Positions 10,581 through 24,800 of a stretch of 64,000 nt of DNA are shown here, piece by piece. Origin of the DNA: Stegostoma tigrinum (taxonomy: Eukaryota); assembly GCF_030684315.1 (NCBI RefSeq), contig NC_081391.1, positions 13,679,342 through 13,743,341 on the forward strand. Direction: 5' to 3'. Each line of letters opens with the position of its first letter. The stretch's first letter is position 1. Both the position numbers and the translations under genes were made by a program. The notes beneath the pieces are model-generated. The model was not told the origin of the DNA and did no database searches. It saw nothing but the letters and a program-made list of their open reading frames with translations.

Positions 10581-12033
10581 ATGAGGATAGCAAAGGTCAT
10601 TCCCCTGTTCAGAGGATAGCAAATGTGGTTCCCCTGTGCAAGAAGGGGAGTAGAGACAAACCTGGTAATTGTAGACCAGTCAGCCTTACCTCAGTTGTTG
10701 GTAAAGTGTTGAAAAAGGTTACAAGGGATAGGATTTATAATTATCTCGAAAAGAATAAATTGGTTAGGGATAGTCAGCACGGTTTTGCGAAGGGAAGGTC
10801 GTGCCTCACAAACCTTATTGAATTCTTTCAGAAGGTGATCAAACAGGTATTTGAGAGTAAACCGGTTGATGTGGTGCATATGGATTTCAGCAAGTCGTTC
10901 GATAAGGTTCGCCACAGTAGGCTATTGTACAAAATGCGGAGGAATGGAATTGTGGGAGATATAGCAGTTTGGATCGGAAATTGGCTTGCTGAAAGAAGAC
11001 AGAGGGTGGTAGTTGATGGAAAATGTTCATCCTGGAGACCAGTTACTAGTGGTGTACTGCAAGGGTCGGTGTTGGGTCCACTGCATTTTTATAAATGACC
11101 TGGATGAGTTTGTAGAAGGATGGGTTAGTAAATTTGCAGACGACACTAAGGTCAGTGGAGTTGTGGATAGTGACGAAGGCAGCTGTAGGTCGCAGAGAGA
11201 CATAGATAAGCTGCAGAGCTGGGCTGAGAAGTGGCAAATGGAATTTAATGCAGACAGGTGTGAGGTGATGCACTTTTGTAGGAGTAACTGGAAGGCAAAG
11301 TACAGGGCTAATGGTAAGATTCTTGGTGGTGTAGATGAGCAGAGAGATCTCGGTGTCCATGTACACAGATCCTTGAAAGTTGCCACCCAGGTTGACAGGG
11401 TGGTTGAGAAGGCATACAATGTTTTGGCTTTTACTAATAGAAGGATTGAGTTCCAGAACCAAGAGGTTATGGCGAAGCTGTACAAAACTCTGGTTAGGCC
11501 GCACTTGGAGTATTGTGTACAGTTCTGGTCACCCCATTATAAGAAGGATGTAGAAGCTTTGGAAAGGGTGCAGAGGAGATTTACTAGGATGTTGCCTGGT
11601 ATGGAGGGAAGGTCTTACGAGGAAATGCTGAGGGACTTGAGGCTGTTTTCATTCAAGAGAAGAAGGCTGAGAGGTGACTTAATTGAAACATATAAAATAA
11701 TTCGAGGGTTGGATAAGGAGAGCCTTTTTCCTCGGATGGTGACAGCGAGCACGAGGGGGCATTGCTTTAAATTGAGGTGTGAATGATATAGGACAGATTT
11801 CAGAGGCAGTTTCTCTACTCAGAGTAGTGAGGGAATGGAACGCTTTGCCTGCAACGGTAGTAGATTCACCAACTTGAGGTACATTTCAGTCGTCATTGGA
11901 CGAGCATATGGACGTACATGGAATAGTGTTGGTTAGATGGGCTCCATATCGGTATGACTGGTTGGCACAACATCGAGGGCAGAAGGGCCTGTACTGTGCT
12001 GTAATGTTCTATGTTTTATGTTCTATATTCTAT
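10581..12033 (+). mobile_element. 5'-truncated CR1 LINE upstream of copy 2
   Basis: RT motifs RPVSLTSVVGK, SQHGF, DFSKSFDKV, QGSVLGP, KFADDTK; (gttctat)n tail. It interrupts sequence that is contiguous in the other units (ttttcaa|gggctccaac). Confidence 0.93.
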
Positions 12034-12217
12034 GGCTCCAACACCAACGTTCTAAAGTTATGACGACTATTCCCTCAGATTAACAATCCGACGAAATTGT
12101 GCAAATCTGTGATGACTGAGTCTTAACGCACAACCTCAGATACACAAGTGAAGGTTTAGAGTATATTTTATTGTCATTTTCTGGCAAATACATTTACAGA
12201 ATGTGCACTTGTACAGG

Positions 12218-12405
12218 AGGTCAAAGGTCATTCAGCAATTCCATCATCGACCAGTTGTCAACTGTGATTCGTTTCTGGATCCAGTTCCCATCCTGCACTG
12301 ATTGGACGTGGCAGCTGATCAACTGATCATCAAGAGTGATTGGCCATCACTGATGATGTCATTTCCTGCTTCATAAAAAGAGGGTCTGCCCCTGGGGTAT
12401 AAATA
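12218..12405 (+). promoter_or_regulatory. Ferritin proximal promoter, copy 2
   Basis: Perfect DR1 at 12218-12230, ATTGG boxes, CAGCTG, TATAAATA at 12398-12405. Confidence 0.6.
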
Positions 12406-12490
12406 GAGTCCCACGGGAATGATGTTGATTGTTCTTCCTAATTTTGTTATTTTGGTGGTGAGGAGAATAAAAGAAATTTATTGTCACAAG

Positions 12491-15400
12491 ATGGCCTCCC
12501 AGATCAGTCAGAACTATCACCAGGATTGTGAAGCTGCTGTCAACAAGCAGATTAATGTGGAGCTCACTGCCTCCTATCTCTATCAGTCTTTGGTGAGTGC
12601 TGTCTCTCGGGGTTAAACATATAAATCTGTTCTGTTGAAGTAAATTCTTTGCCTGGCCTCTAGTGAAGCTGACAATCTAGTAGATTGAGGTTTTGTGGCT
12701 CCTACCTAAATATCAGTTCAGGATAGAGGTGGTGTTACTATCACGATGGTGTAGGATACTGATGTATGTTAACTCAGGTCCCAGTTGGCCTTCAGTGGTA
12801 TCTGGAGGGTAAAAGCCTCTTGCTTTTTTTTTCTTTCTGACACAAGTTTCCTGACTTCATTTGCCTGATCTCTGTGGTGGTCCTAAACAAACATGCTGAT
12901 TTTTTTTAACACTGACTATAACAATAACTTCCCTGTTGCAGTGGCCCTTGTTAGTCTGAACAAACCTGAGGCTAGTCTGTGACTGGTATCTATTTTATGT
13001 GGATCTCCTTCATTGAGGCTGACTTGGCTTTACTTGTATTTATTCAAGAGGTGGGTGTGGCCTATCCCGTTCCTACTGAGAGTGGATCTGCCGTGTGTGA
13101 GAAATGTTGGATCCCCTCTCTGCCCCTTCTCCACCCCACCCCATGCTGGGGCTGCGGGAATGTGCTGAGGCTATTAGCCCAGTGACATTGAAGAAATGGA
13201 GGTTGTTCCCATATCATTTAGCTTGACCTAAAACAAAATGTCCCCTCTATCCCGGTGGTGATGTGACTGTGCCCTTCCAAGGAGTAGAATGTGCTTGGAA
13301 GGTATGTGTTGAAGTAACCTTGGTGAGTGCTGCAGGGGACCTGGTAGGTAATGGACCCTGAAAGGAGGTGGTGAATGCAGTCCCCATGAAGTGGGCTGCC
13401 CTGTCCTGGATGGTGTCTGCTTCTTGCATGTTGTAGCTCCCCTTCTACAGACACACGGGGAATATTCATCTCTCTCTGGGCTTGTGCCTATTGGAAGGAA
13501 GTTGTCTTGTAAGGAGGACTAAGTCCCTATAAGCCTCACTTGGGAGGTGGGACCGCTTTAATGGTGAGCCAGTTGTTGGGGTTTAATCACTGTGTCCCAA
13601 CTCTATTGGCACATGCTTCCCAAGGATAAAATCCCGACTATCTTCTGCCACAACTTGTAACTACCCACTGAAACCACAGATATTTGCTTGCCTGACTGTG
13701 GTTTTTGGATTTGAGGATTAAAGTAACTTTACAGGAGTCCTTCCCCAGAATGTAATTCTTAGCTGATGCTTCCAATAGCGAGCATTAGCTCTTAAACCCT
13801 TGCATCGAATTGTGAACATGACAGTTTAGATATGAGTCACATGGGCTGAAAACCTACAGGATTTTTTGCCTGTTTGGGTAAAGTCAGGGCAAGTGTTTTT
13901 CCAGGTTACTGTTTTCACTAGTGACGTTATCTACAGGCCACTAATAGTTGACATTTGATCATTTGTTTTGCAATTTGTTTCAGTCATGTGACTTGGTGCA
14001 AGTTTCTGACAGCCTGAGTTTGCACTATTTAGGCAGAGCAATAACCCACTGCTGCAACGATCCAAAGGCTGTTACTGGGCAGGCTTTCCTCGGCATTATC
14101 TTAGTGCCAAACTCCATACTGGAGACAGCACACCTTTGTAGAGTTCATGTGTACACTTACATCCCAATCTCATTGATCCTGGGTTTGCAGAAAACATGCT
14201 CCCTACTAGTCGTTGACTACAGCAGGGTTTCAACATCTTTTTTCCAGTTTTCCCCAAAGGCAAAACATAGTGCCTTGCGTCTTGTAGTTGAGAACTGGAA
14301 TGGGGAGTGAGCCAGTGATGTCTGATGTAATTTTAACTTGATCTTCCAGATGTCCTACTTTGACCAGGACGATGTTGCCCTCGCCCATTTCTCCCGGTTC
14401 TTCAAAGATCAGTCCCAGGAGAAGCGGGAACATGCAGAAAAGCTGCTGTAATTCCAGAATCAGCGTGGAGGCCGAGTCCTCCTCCAGGATGTGAAGGTTG
14501 GGGTTGGGTGGTGGGGGAAGTGCAGGGGGGAATGGCTGCTCTTGCGGTGTCATCTCCAGTGACAAGATTTTCAGATCCTGAGCGAGTGTGAGAAGTTCTT
14601 TTGCTTGGCTTCCCTGTTTGCTCTCCTCCATCTCCAGTGTTTCAGCATTTATGCAAGCCCTCTGGTCCACCAGGCCTATGCTGATGCAGCAAAGACCGAA
14701 CTGTACTCACCCTGTACTTGGTCCAGGCCCGACTATACCCTAGTGTTTAGCACTCGCCCAGCTAGTCCTTTAAACAGTGCTGCAGTAGCCGTTTCCAGCA
14801 CTTTGTTCTTCCGTTCCCCAACACACCCACCAAATTTCCTCCAATCCCCTCTATCCTGCTTCCTCAAACCTGTGCCCTCTGGTCTGAGTGTCTGCCATGG
14901 GGAAGACATTTTCCCCATCTACTGTCCAGACTTCCTTGTCTTCCATCAAACAACCACCTCAGCCTCACCTGCTCAAAGGAAAACCCCCCAGCCCATCCAA
15001 TCTCTCTCCTCAATGGATTTTCTGTCTTGGCGAAACAACCTGGGGACCCTCGCCAGCACCCCCTGCAGTAGCATCCTGTCCTTCTGACCAGTGAGGCCAA
15101 CGATAGAATGCAGCAGAGACCGGAAGAACAATTTTCATAAAATGTGTTCAAAGGACTTGTCCCTGTGCTGTTCCTCACAACCCTGCCCCAAACTAACATG
15201 TTACTTGGCCTATGTCCCCTTTCACACACAGTTTGCCTTGTGTGAGCATTGAGGGATCGATGATCCTGTGTTTATTGTAAGCACATTACTGCCCCCCACA
15301 ATGAATTCAAGTCATGATGGTTCTGACCATGCTGCTCGGGCATGTATGAGGCCACAAGCACAAGTGAGACTTGAACCTCAGACTTGTCAACCGGAGCTTG

Positions 15401-16647
15401 GGACACTACCGCTACTTCCCCCACAGCCCTTGGGATTCACTCCTGAATATCCTTTTTAAGACTCCAGCAGATGGACACTGGTGCAAATGACTAATCTGGT
15501 ACATTTTTATTCCCTGTGGTACAAGGATACGTTCCTGAGCTTCCGGCTTCAGGTCAAGGATAAATGGGGCAAGGTGAAAGGAGTCACCAAGTAGCTAATG
15601 TTTTCTTTACCTGGGCTTCAGGGATGGCACAGTGGCTCAGTGGTTGGCACTGTTGACTCAGTGCCAGGGGCACCAGTTTGGTTCTGGCCTGTGACGAGAA
15701 TTTAAACGTTATCCCAAAGCATGGCTTCCCCACACAGTAGAAAAGAGGATTGGCAACTTGAAATGCAGGTTACATGAACAGGGTGGGAATGGGACCAGAT
15801 GGGATGCTCTTCAGCAGTTATGGTCTCAATGGGGTGAATGGCCAGCTCCCATGCTGCAGGGATTCTGTTTCTAAAGCTTACCTGTCCTTCTCTCCATCCC
15901 CAGAAGCCAGAGAGGGATGAGTGGGGTAACAATCTGCAGGCAATGCAGGTTGCCCTGGATCTGGAGAAGAATGTGAACCAGAGTTTGCTGGATCTCCACC
16001 AACTCGCCACAGCACAGACTGACCCTCATGTAAGCTTCACCTCCTCATTCACATCACTGCTAGACTCTCAGGGTAATGTTTCATTGGTTGGTCTGTGTGG
16101 ATTGGAAATTCACTAATGTAACACTTTCCATCCATTACTTTCCTGAACTATTGTAACATTGATCACTTGGGATCATACTGATTACAATGAGGTATAAGGG
16201 GAATTTGATCTATAATCTAGTGGAAGTGCTGAAATGACGTTGGCCACTGAGTTCTTCGTTAGTATCATTGCAGTGGAATGATCATTGTCCATCACAATCC
16301 AACTCAGCTCCATTTCACAAACAGCAAGATGGAGCAGCTGACATGTTGTCCTCACTGGCATAAATTCTCCAGGTGTTAGCTCGCTTTTCAGGGCTGTCCA
16401 GAGCTAGTCATGGCTAAGTCTGTCTTGCAGAGGGAATTCTGAAATTGTCTTGGATAGTGTTAATGTACCAAGTGTCATATTCCTCTTGCAGCTGTGTGAC
16501 TTCCTGGAGACTCACTATTTGGATGAGGAGGTGGAGATCATCAAGCAACTCGGGGACTACATCACCAACCTGAAGCGCCTGGGAGCCCCTGAGAATGGGA
16601 TGGGAGAGTACCTGTTTGACAGGCTCTCCCTGGAGGACAGCAGTTAG
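12491..16647 (+). pseudogene. Ferritin copy 2 (type B), nonsense mutation; exons 12491-12592, 14350-14496, 15904-16029, 16492-16647
   Basis: Same exon structure. In-frame TAA at 14449-14451 (ctg ctg TAA ttc; sister copy 5 has AAA). The polyA signal is mutated to AATGAA at 16775-16780. Confidence 0.85.
13250..13440 (-). mobile_element. Old degenerate LINE (CR1/L2-group) 3' fragment in intron 1, recognisable in most copies
   Basis: The minus-strand peptide ADTIQDRAAHFMGT resembles LINE ORF2 C-termini, followed by ctgcagcactcaccaagg...ccttccaa. Paralogs at about 4470, 31210, 39330, 47700, 56600. Confidence 0.45.
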
Positions 16648-18297
16648 TGTGGCCTGGAGTACTGTCTGCTTGGTCTGAATGCATTCCCCACTTCACCCCA
16701 TGCAATCTGGCTCCTTCCAGGGAAAAGGGGCTTGTAGCAAAGCATGTAATAGCTGTACCAGCTGAATGGGAATGAATGAAATGTATTGATGTTGCTTCTT
16801 GTCCATCATTGAGACCCTTGATATTAAAGAGCTTTTGAGAGCTTCAAGCCTGTAATTTTGGCAAATGAAATTATTAATTTGACAAAATATTTCCCTGGTC
16901 TTCCCTCCAACACCACCGCAGCATCAGTCTCGGAATTCCTGTGGAACTTCCTCTAAGTTATGAATCGAAGTTATTCCCCCAGCCAGAACTTGAGGTTGGG
17001 GCCTGCGGGGTGTAAAATCAGTTTGTACTATTATCTCACACGCAGGTATGATGAATACAGGTGCAGCTAAAATTTTCATTGCTCTCAAAAGAGAAAACAC
17101 CCCTGCTTGGCCGAAAGAAAGACTTGACACCCACTTTCACTGAAACAGGGCTGTTGGATGCTTTATGTTCATGTCTAGTTTGGTTAGCAACAGCTCCCCT
17201 GTCAACCTCCACCAACCGAGACTGATTGCTAAAGTCCACACAAATCACAAGTTGATGCCAATGTCAATTCTGTGCCAGCTGGCTCAGCTTGCCGCAACAA
17301 GAGCTTAAGGGAAGAGACCCAGCAGCGTCCCCCCTCTAGCCTTGTGGAGGAACCAGCAATGCTGGGAGCAATAAACTTAAACTTAGCAATGGGGATCTGA
17401 CACACCTGGTCTATTCTATTGAAATCAATGTTATTACTTTCTCCGCACAGTGCATCCTAGATTCACTGAGACCCAGTTGAGGTTCAAGCCAAGACCAGCC
17501 CTGTGGCCTCCTGACCCCCACCACCAACTGCCTGGCTCAGGACAGCCATCAGCAGTTGCTCACAATGACCAGTTCATTTGTTCCTTCGCCTGAGGAACAT
17601 GCGCTGCTCTCCCAGGCGATATGGATTAAATCCCCATTGTAGCTCGACAAGAAAGCTCACACGGGGGGAACCATTTCCCAGGAGTAATCCAAAGCTGTCC
17701 TAATGTGGTTTTGCTCCATTTACTTCCTTGCTCTCTGCCAGGTCTTGGTCAGAAACCCCACCACGCCTAGTAATAAACTTTAGGCCTGCCAGCCCAGAGA
17801 TGGGAATATTCAGCACAAGTCTGCTTGAAAAAATTCACCTGAACTGGATGCACTTAATGCGACCGACAGCAGGATAACAGTGACCTGGGAATGACACAGC
17901 AACGCTCCTGGTTAAATGCTGCCATTTGATTGGCTCTTGCTGCTGAAGCCTGCATTGAGCGCACTCAGCTGCTCCCTTGTTCCTCTGAGATTCCCCCACG
18001 GGGAGGGTTACTCCTGATGCAGGTTGATTTCACCCGATCACATTGAAGGAGCAGTGTGACTCAGGGAGGAGACCTGCAGATGCTGACTTTCCTGAATGGC
18101 TGCTTCCTTTATCTTTCGAGGTGTCAGAGATCGTGGTTTAGGGAGGGGGCTATCAGAGACATCCTGGGGAATGTTTCAGGGAGTTTTGTAGCGAGTGCAC
18201 ACTGCAGCCTTCACTGAGGGTGTGGGTCTTTAAGGCACAGAATGTATTTGTTCCACCACGTAGAGTTTTATTTTAAACCATCTTGAGTCTTGCGTGT

Positions 18298-18600
18298 AGA
18301 ATCCCTGCAGTGCGGGAAGAGGTTGTTCAGCCCATTTAGTCTGCACTGATCCTCTGAAGAGGTTGTTCAGCCCATTTAGTCTGCACTGATCCTCTGAACA
18401 GCATCTTGTTCAGACACACCCTGCCTTCTTACGCCATCTTTCCCACGGCCACTCCAAAATAAACTGCATGTCTTTGGACTGTGGGAGGAGGCCCACACAG
18501 GCACGGGGAGGATGTGCAGCCTCCACACGTGACTGGAATTGACCCCAGGTCCCTGGCACTATGAGGCAGTAATGCTGACCATTAAAATACCCTGCCATCC
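18298..18600 (-). mobile_element. tRNA-derived SINE (HE1/V-SINE-like) with CR1-type tail; paralogs at about 1017-1280, 9120-9425, 27674-27951, 44466-44722, 53136-53410
   Basis: The reverse complement reads tRNA-like head ...cagcattactgcctcatagtgccagggacctggggtcaattcc, central gtgcctgtgtggg...cccacagtccaaagacatgcag, and tail aatgggctgaa...ctgcagggattct. Confidence 0.65.
18316..18398 (+). repeat. Exact 40-bp tandem duplication
   Basis: gaagaggttgttcagcccatttagtctgcactgatcctct occurs twice; single copy in the paralogous units (about 27691 and 44484). Confidence 0.9.
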
Positions 18601-19394
18601 AAAAGTTACAAAAAACAGGAACACTCTGTTGCACAGAATTAGAGTGAATGACTCATTTCTTACGGAAACAGACCCTTCGGTCCTACCCGTCCATGCTGAC
18701 GAGGTTTCCCAACCTGACATAGTCCCACTTGCCTGCCTTTGGCCCATATCCTTCTAAACCATTCCTTTCCATGTAAATCTCCAAATGTCACTTAAATGTT
18801 GTAATTCTAACTACATCCACCACTGTCTCTGACAGCTCGTTCTAAACATACACACCACCTTCTGTATGAAAATGTTGCCCCTCATGTCCCCATCAAATCT
18901 TACCCCTCTCCCCTCAAACCGATGCCCTCTAATTTTGGACGCCCCCCCCACCCCGACCCTGTCCCAGCATGCTTTTTATATACAGTCAATCTTGAGTGTG
19001 CCAACGGCAAGGCTACATTTAGTGCTCAGCAACTGTTACACTTCAGGAGGTGGTGATGAGCTGCTTATTACAGTCCACCTGGTGTAGGAGAGACCGGAAT
19101 GATGCTGCTGCTGTTGCTGAGGAGGGGCTTCTGGGATCTTCACTCACAAACACTGATATTATTCCAAGTCAGGATGGTGACGGATTTACTTGGAGCTGCT
19201 TCAGTGTCACTGGGGCGGCATTGAGCTGGAAAATTGCAAGCTTCTCCAGCATTATTCCCAACTTCAGTCTTATCGATGGTGGACAGACTCTGAAAAGTCT
19301 GAAGTAGAGTTATTCACAACAGAATTCCCAGACTCTGACTTGGTCTCAAAGCCATGAGCACATGAATTAGGACTGACCTCTGCCCATGGTTTCT

Positions 19395-20802
19395 TAGAAA
19401 ATAGAACCTAGAACAGTGCAGCACAGTTCACGCCCTTCAGCCCACGATGTTGTTTCGAACTTTTATCCTAAACCCAAGGCCTATCTCACCTCCACTACCT
19501 TATACTATCATCCATATGCTTATCTAATAGCCGCTTAATTGCCCCTAACGAGGCCGACTCCACGACACTCTCTGGCAATGCATTCCACGCCCCAGCCACT
19601 CTCTGAGTAAAGAACCTGCCTCTGACATCCACCCTATATCTACCTCCACTCACTTCAAAACTATGCCCCCTCATAATAGCTAACTCCATCCTAGGAAAAA
19701 GTCCCTGGCTGTCTAATCTGCCTATACTTATGATCATTTTGTACACCTCTATAAAGTCACCTCTCATCCTTTGTTCTGAAGAGAAAAGCCCTCGTTCTCT
19801 AAACGTTTCTTCGTAAGATCTTCCCTCCATTCCAAGCAACATCCTGGTAAATCTCCTCTGCACCTTTTCTAACACTTCCACATCTTTCCTGGAATGAGGT
19901 GACCAGAACTGGTCACAATACTCTAGATGTGGCCAAACCAGGCTTTTGTATAGCTGGAGCATAACTTCACAGCTCTTGAACTCAATCCCTCTATGAATGA
20001 AAGCTAACACACCACATGCCTTCTTAACAACTCTATCCACCTGACTGGCAGCTTTCAGGGAACTGTGGACATGAACCCCGAGATCCATCTGCTCCTCCAC
20101 ACTGCCAAGAATCTTTCCGTTAACCCTGTGTTCTGCTTTCAAATTTGTCCTTCCAAAATGAATCACTTCACGCTTTTCAGGGTTAAACTCCATCTGCCAC
20201 TTCTCAGCCCCACTCAATACCCGACCAATGTCCTTTTGTAACCTAGAACAGCCCTCCACACTATCCACAAGTCAAATCACCTTCGTATCTTCCAAAAACT
20301 TACTAATCCGCCATTCCACTCCTACATCCAAATCATTTAACAAAATCATAAATAAAAGAGGACCCCGAACAGACCCTTGAGGTACACCACTCGTAACTGA
20401 GCGCCATGTTGAATATTTTCAGTCAACTGTCACCCATGTCTTCTATGGGTCAGCCAATTCTGAATCCAATCTGCCACATTTCCCCCGTCGCATGCCTCCT
20501 GACTTTCTGCATGAGCCTGCCATGGGGAACCTTATCAAAAGCCTTACTTCAATACATGTATCCCACATTCACTGATCTACCTTCATCCACATGTTTGGTC
20601 ATCCCTTCAAAGAATTCAATCAGATTTGTGAGGCATGATGTACGCCTCACAAATCCACACTGGCCGTCACAAATCATACTGTGCCTGTGCAAGTGATAAT
20701 TAATTCTGTTTCTTAGAGCCCTTCCCATTAATTTGCCCACCACTGGCATAAGACTAGCTGGCCTGTAATTTCCAGGGTTACCCCATTCCCTTTTTTGAAC
20801 AC
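19395..20802 (-). mobile_element. 5'-truncated CR1 LINE (different subfamily, minus strand) upstream of copy 3
   Basis: Minus-strand ORFs 19495-20268 and 20549-20830 carry CR1 RT motifs (PGNYRP, CLTNLIEFF, WQMEFNPEK). The empty site is seen at about 28664-28686. Confidence 0.92.
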
Positions 20803-21869
20803 ATGAATAATATTCAAACTTGTCATTCAAAGCTAAAAGATAGCACTAGATTGCATCCTGCTTTTTGAAGCAGATATTGAGTGAAAGTAACTTGCTTCCA
20901 CCAATCTGTACATCAGTGCTGTGATCATACTCGAACGTTCATTGGGGATCCTCAATTCCCAAAGCCTCACAGACCACCAGTCCATGGGAGAGGCTGCTCC
21001 ATTCAACGCAGTTTCTGAGCCATACATTCTACAGAATGTAATGTAAACAGGACCAGCAACTCTCCACTTGGAAACATGCTGGACTTAAGCTCTCGATTTA
21101 CTTCATTCAATTAAAAACCAAACTTTGCGAAAGAAAGTTTGCATGTGCTATACATTTCCAGCAGCAATGTAGACAGGGAGGTGTGAGGTCTACTATGCAG
21201 GAGAGGCACTCAGCACATTTAGCACCTTGCTTTTCAAACTGCACTTCATGAACCCAACGTCAAGGAGATCACAGCAGATTCAGAATGGATCCACAAAGGA
21301 ATGAGCTTCCTGTATGAGGTAACCCAAAAGCACATTGTTTCTGTCGCTGCACAGCAATAAGAAAATGTTTACTGTTAACAAAATCTGGCCATTTTTCAAT
21401 GGGCACCAACGCTGTTATTCAACAAGTACAAAGACTAATCCCTCAGAGTAACAAACTGACAGAATTCTGCCAATCTGTGATCAGTGTGTCTTAAGATATA
21501 ATCTCAGACACAATCGTGAACTTTTAGAGTATATTTTATTGTCATTTTCACATAGAAATATTTCCAGGATTTGCACTTGTGCAGGAGGTCAAAGGTCATT
21601 CAGCAATTCCATCATCGACCCGTTGTCAATTCTGATCGTTTTCTGGATCCAATTCCCATCCTGCACTGATTGGATGTGGCAGCTGATCAATTGATGAACG
21701 AGAGTGATCGACCATCACTGATGATGTCATTTCCTGCTCAAGAAAATAAAGGGCTGCTGCTCGAGTAAAAAAAAGTCCCAAGAGAGTGTGATGTTTATGG
21801 TGTAGTTGGTTATCTTTCCAAGTTTGTTATTTGATTTTGGAGGAAAAGGAAAGCTATTTTCTTCATAAA

Positions 21870-24800
21870 ATGGCCTCCCAGATCAGTCAGAACTATCACC
21901 AGGATTGTGAAGCTGCTGTCAACAAGCAGATTAATGTGGAGCTCACTGCCTCCTATCTCTATCAGTCTTTGGTGAGTTTTGTCTCGATGGAGTTAAAATT
22001 AAATCTATTCTGCAAAAATGAGCTGATCCTCTTGTTTCTAATTAACTTCATAGTCTTGTAGATTTGAGGTGTTTCAGTTTGCACCTTTAAAAATCATTTT
22101 GGGATAAATGTAGTGCCCTTTGGTAACAATGGATTTTGATATTGATGTGCAGTATCTAATTCACCAGCTGGGATTGAGTGATAGATGGAGGGCAAATTGT
22201 TCTGTCAATTATTTTACAATTTACTGCCAGGCCTTTGCCTGGTGGTAACTGTCATTTTCCTCCCCAGAATTGACCAAACTTTACTAAAATTAGATGTAAT
22301 GGTGTTGGGAGTTGTATGCACCCCTTGGCTAGTCATCCTGTAACATTTTAATATACCTTGATCACACTTACTTTGTGCTCTGATCCTAAATACACATCAT
22401 GCCAGTTTCCATTCTGTGATGGAGAATGATGGCAGTGACTGGCTTCTCTGAGCATATGCATGTGTAACTTGCATTGAGGAGGCCTCAGATGTGGACTAGT
22501 TGGCTTTCTGCATTCTCAGTTCATGAATGGACTGTTAGTGGTCAGGAAGTCACTTGTTGTCCATTCCTCCAATAGATCAATGCTCTCCTGTGAGTGCATG
22601 CACAGGGTGTCTGGAATAACCTGAGGTCTTCACTTCACCAAAAAAGGTGAAGAATTGGAGTTTCAAATTCCCACGGTATGGGAAATGGTGCCTTTCTCCA
22701 GGGAGCACTGTGCCTATGGCCTCTCAAAATGGCAGGCTATAATGGTTTGGAAATGTTGAAGCAGCTTTTGAAGGCTGCTAGGTACCTGGTAGATAGTGGA
22801 CACTAGGAGTGCATTCACTCACTCCCTTCAATGAGGTGGGCTGCTCTGTCCTGCATAGTGTCTGCTTTGTGCATGTTGCAGCTCCACTTCTTGGGGGGAA
22901 AAAGGGAGAATATTCATCCCTCGTGGGGCTTATCACTGAGAAGCATTCTCTTCCCACACTTTCAGGATGAAATCCCTGTACCCTTCCCTTTAGCAGGTGG
23001 GAACAGCTATCACCAATAAGCCTGTTGGGTCTTAACTGTCAGTGGTGTCCCATATCAATTGGGCAGCATGTGCCCAAACAACCCACTATTGTACATCTGT
23101 AAGATGCAGCTACCCAAGTAAAGTCAGAGAAAGTTGCATAACTGTTTTTCGACAAAAGAAACTTCTCAGCCTGATCAGTAGGAACTAGATAACCTGCTCT
23201 AACAAGGTGTAGAGCTGGATGAACACAGCAGGCCAAGCAGCATCGGGGGAGCAGGGAAGCTGATGTTTTGGGCCTGGACCCTTGAGAAATGGGGAGGGGA
23301 AGAGGTCCCTGAAATAGCAAGGGGTGGGGAGGTGGATGGATGAGGGATCAAGAAACAGGTGGTGAGGAGACTCCGGTCTGAGGTGAGGATGGAGCCAATA
23401 AAGTCAAGTGAGTTGGGTAGGCCTGTCCAGGGAGGTGGGGATGGGGTTTGAGGTGGCGGGGGAGGTGGGGTGGGGTGGTGTGGGGAAGTAGGTGGGAGGA
23501 AGGATGGACAAGTTAGGGAGGTGGGGACTAGCTGAGCTGTGACTGGGGGAAGGGAGATCTTTCAGCTTAAGTCCTCACTGATACCATTGGGCTGCAGGGT
23601 TCCCAAGCAGAATACAAGGTGCTGTTCCTGCAACCTTTGGGTGGCATTGGAGGCCCAGAATGAACATCAACTGTCCCCTCCTGCTCCTCTGGAGGGGAAG
23701 TAGTTTGTGACTGGGAGGTGCAGCTGCTGATCACGAGCCCAGCATAGGCACTCCACAAAGTGGTGTCAAGCCTCTGCTCGGCTTTCCTGATGTAGAGGAG
23801 GCCACGTTAGGAACAGTGGGTACAGTATATCTCACTGCAGATGTGTAGGTCCACTTCTTCTTGATGTGGAAGGTCTTGGGGCCTGGGATGAGGGGAGGTG
23901 TAGCACAATCTGTGTGGCAGGAAAAAAGCCCTGGCTAGTGGAATGGACAAGGGAATCAGTGGTCTCTCCAGAAGGCAGCTATGGTTGGGGAGGTAAAAAA
24001 ATGTCTTTGTCAGATCGTAGATGGTATAAGTGCCAGAGGATGCTGCACTGGATCCTGTCATTGAGGTGGTACTGAAGGATGAGAGGATTCTGTTTTGGTT
24101 GTGTGCGGGATAAGATGCAAGACCGGTTGTGTTTTTCTTCCACTAAAGGGAAGTTACGCTCCCTCGGAAAACGAGGACATCTGGGATGCCCAGGAGTAGA
24201 ATGCCTCCCCTCAGGGCTGGAGGTGAAGGAATTGGATTAGGGGAAGGCGTTTTCCTTCCACAGGAAGGTGGGTGAGGTGTAATCTTGGTAGCTGTAGGAG
24301 TCAGTAGGTTTGAAATAGATCAAAGATTGATCGACAAACTTAAGGTTGAGGTAGAAGGTTCTAATGAATTAGAGGAACCGTTCAAGCTCCTTGTGGGATG
24401 TAATGGAGGAAGATGTGGAGTTTATGGCCCATCTCCCTGTAGAAGGATTGTTCCACATATCCTAACAGAAGCAGGCACAGCCTGGGCCCATGCAGGTACC
24501 TATGGCCACCCCCTTCCTCTGTAGGAGGTGGGAGGAATTGAAGGAGAAGTTAGGGGTGAGGATGAGTTGGCTAGTGGAAAAGCTTGTTGGTGAATGGGGA
24601 CCAGTCAGACCTGCAGGATGAGAGAAGCAGAGGGCCTTCGGCTGTCTCCACGGGGAATGGATGAGGTTGGAGGCTGTGGGTGGGAGGTCATCTGCAGTGA
24701 GGTTGTAGATGGACGAGGAGATGGTTTGGTGGTCAGGGGTGGAGTCATGATCAAGGGCGGGGTGGTAGGAGGTATCGGCTGCTCTTCCACACAAGTATAT

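Noticed and set aside
14605-15087. 160-aa + strand ORF in intron 2 of the type-B copies
   Set aside because: Intronic, with different C-termini in copies 2 and 5 (frameshift); its persistence reflects recent duplication only.
15621-15690. tRNA-like sequence in intron 2
   Set aside because: SINE head with a decayed B box; no cloverleaf or acceptor stem.
20900-20930. CAGTGC in ctgtacatcagtgctgtga as a possible IRE
   Set aside because: The flanks do not form the 5-bp upper stem with a bulged C, and it lies about 1 kb upstream of the ATG.
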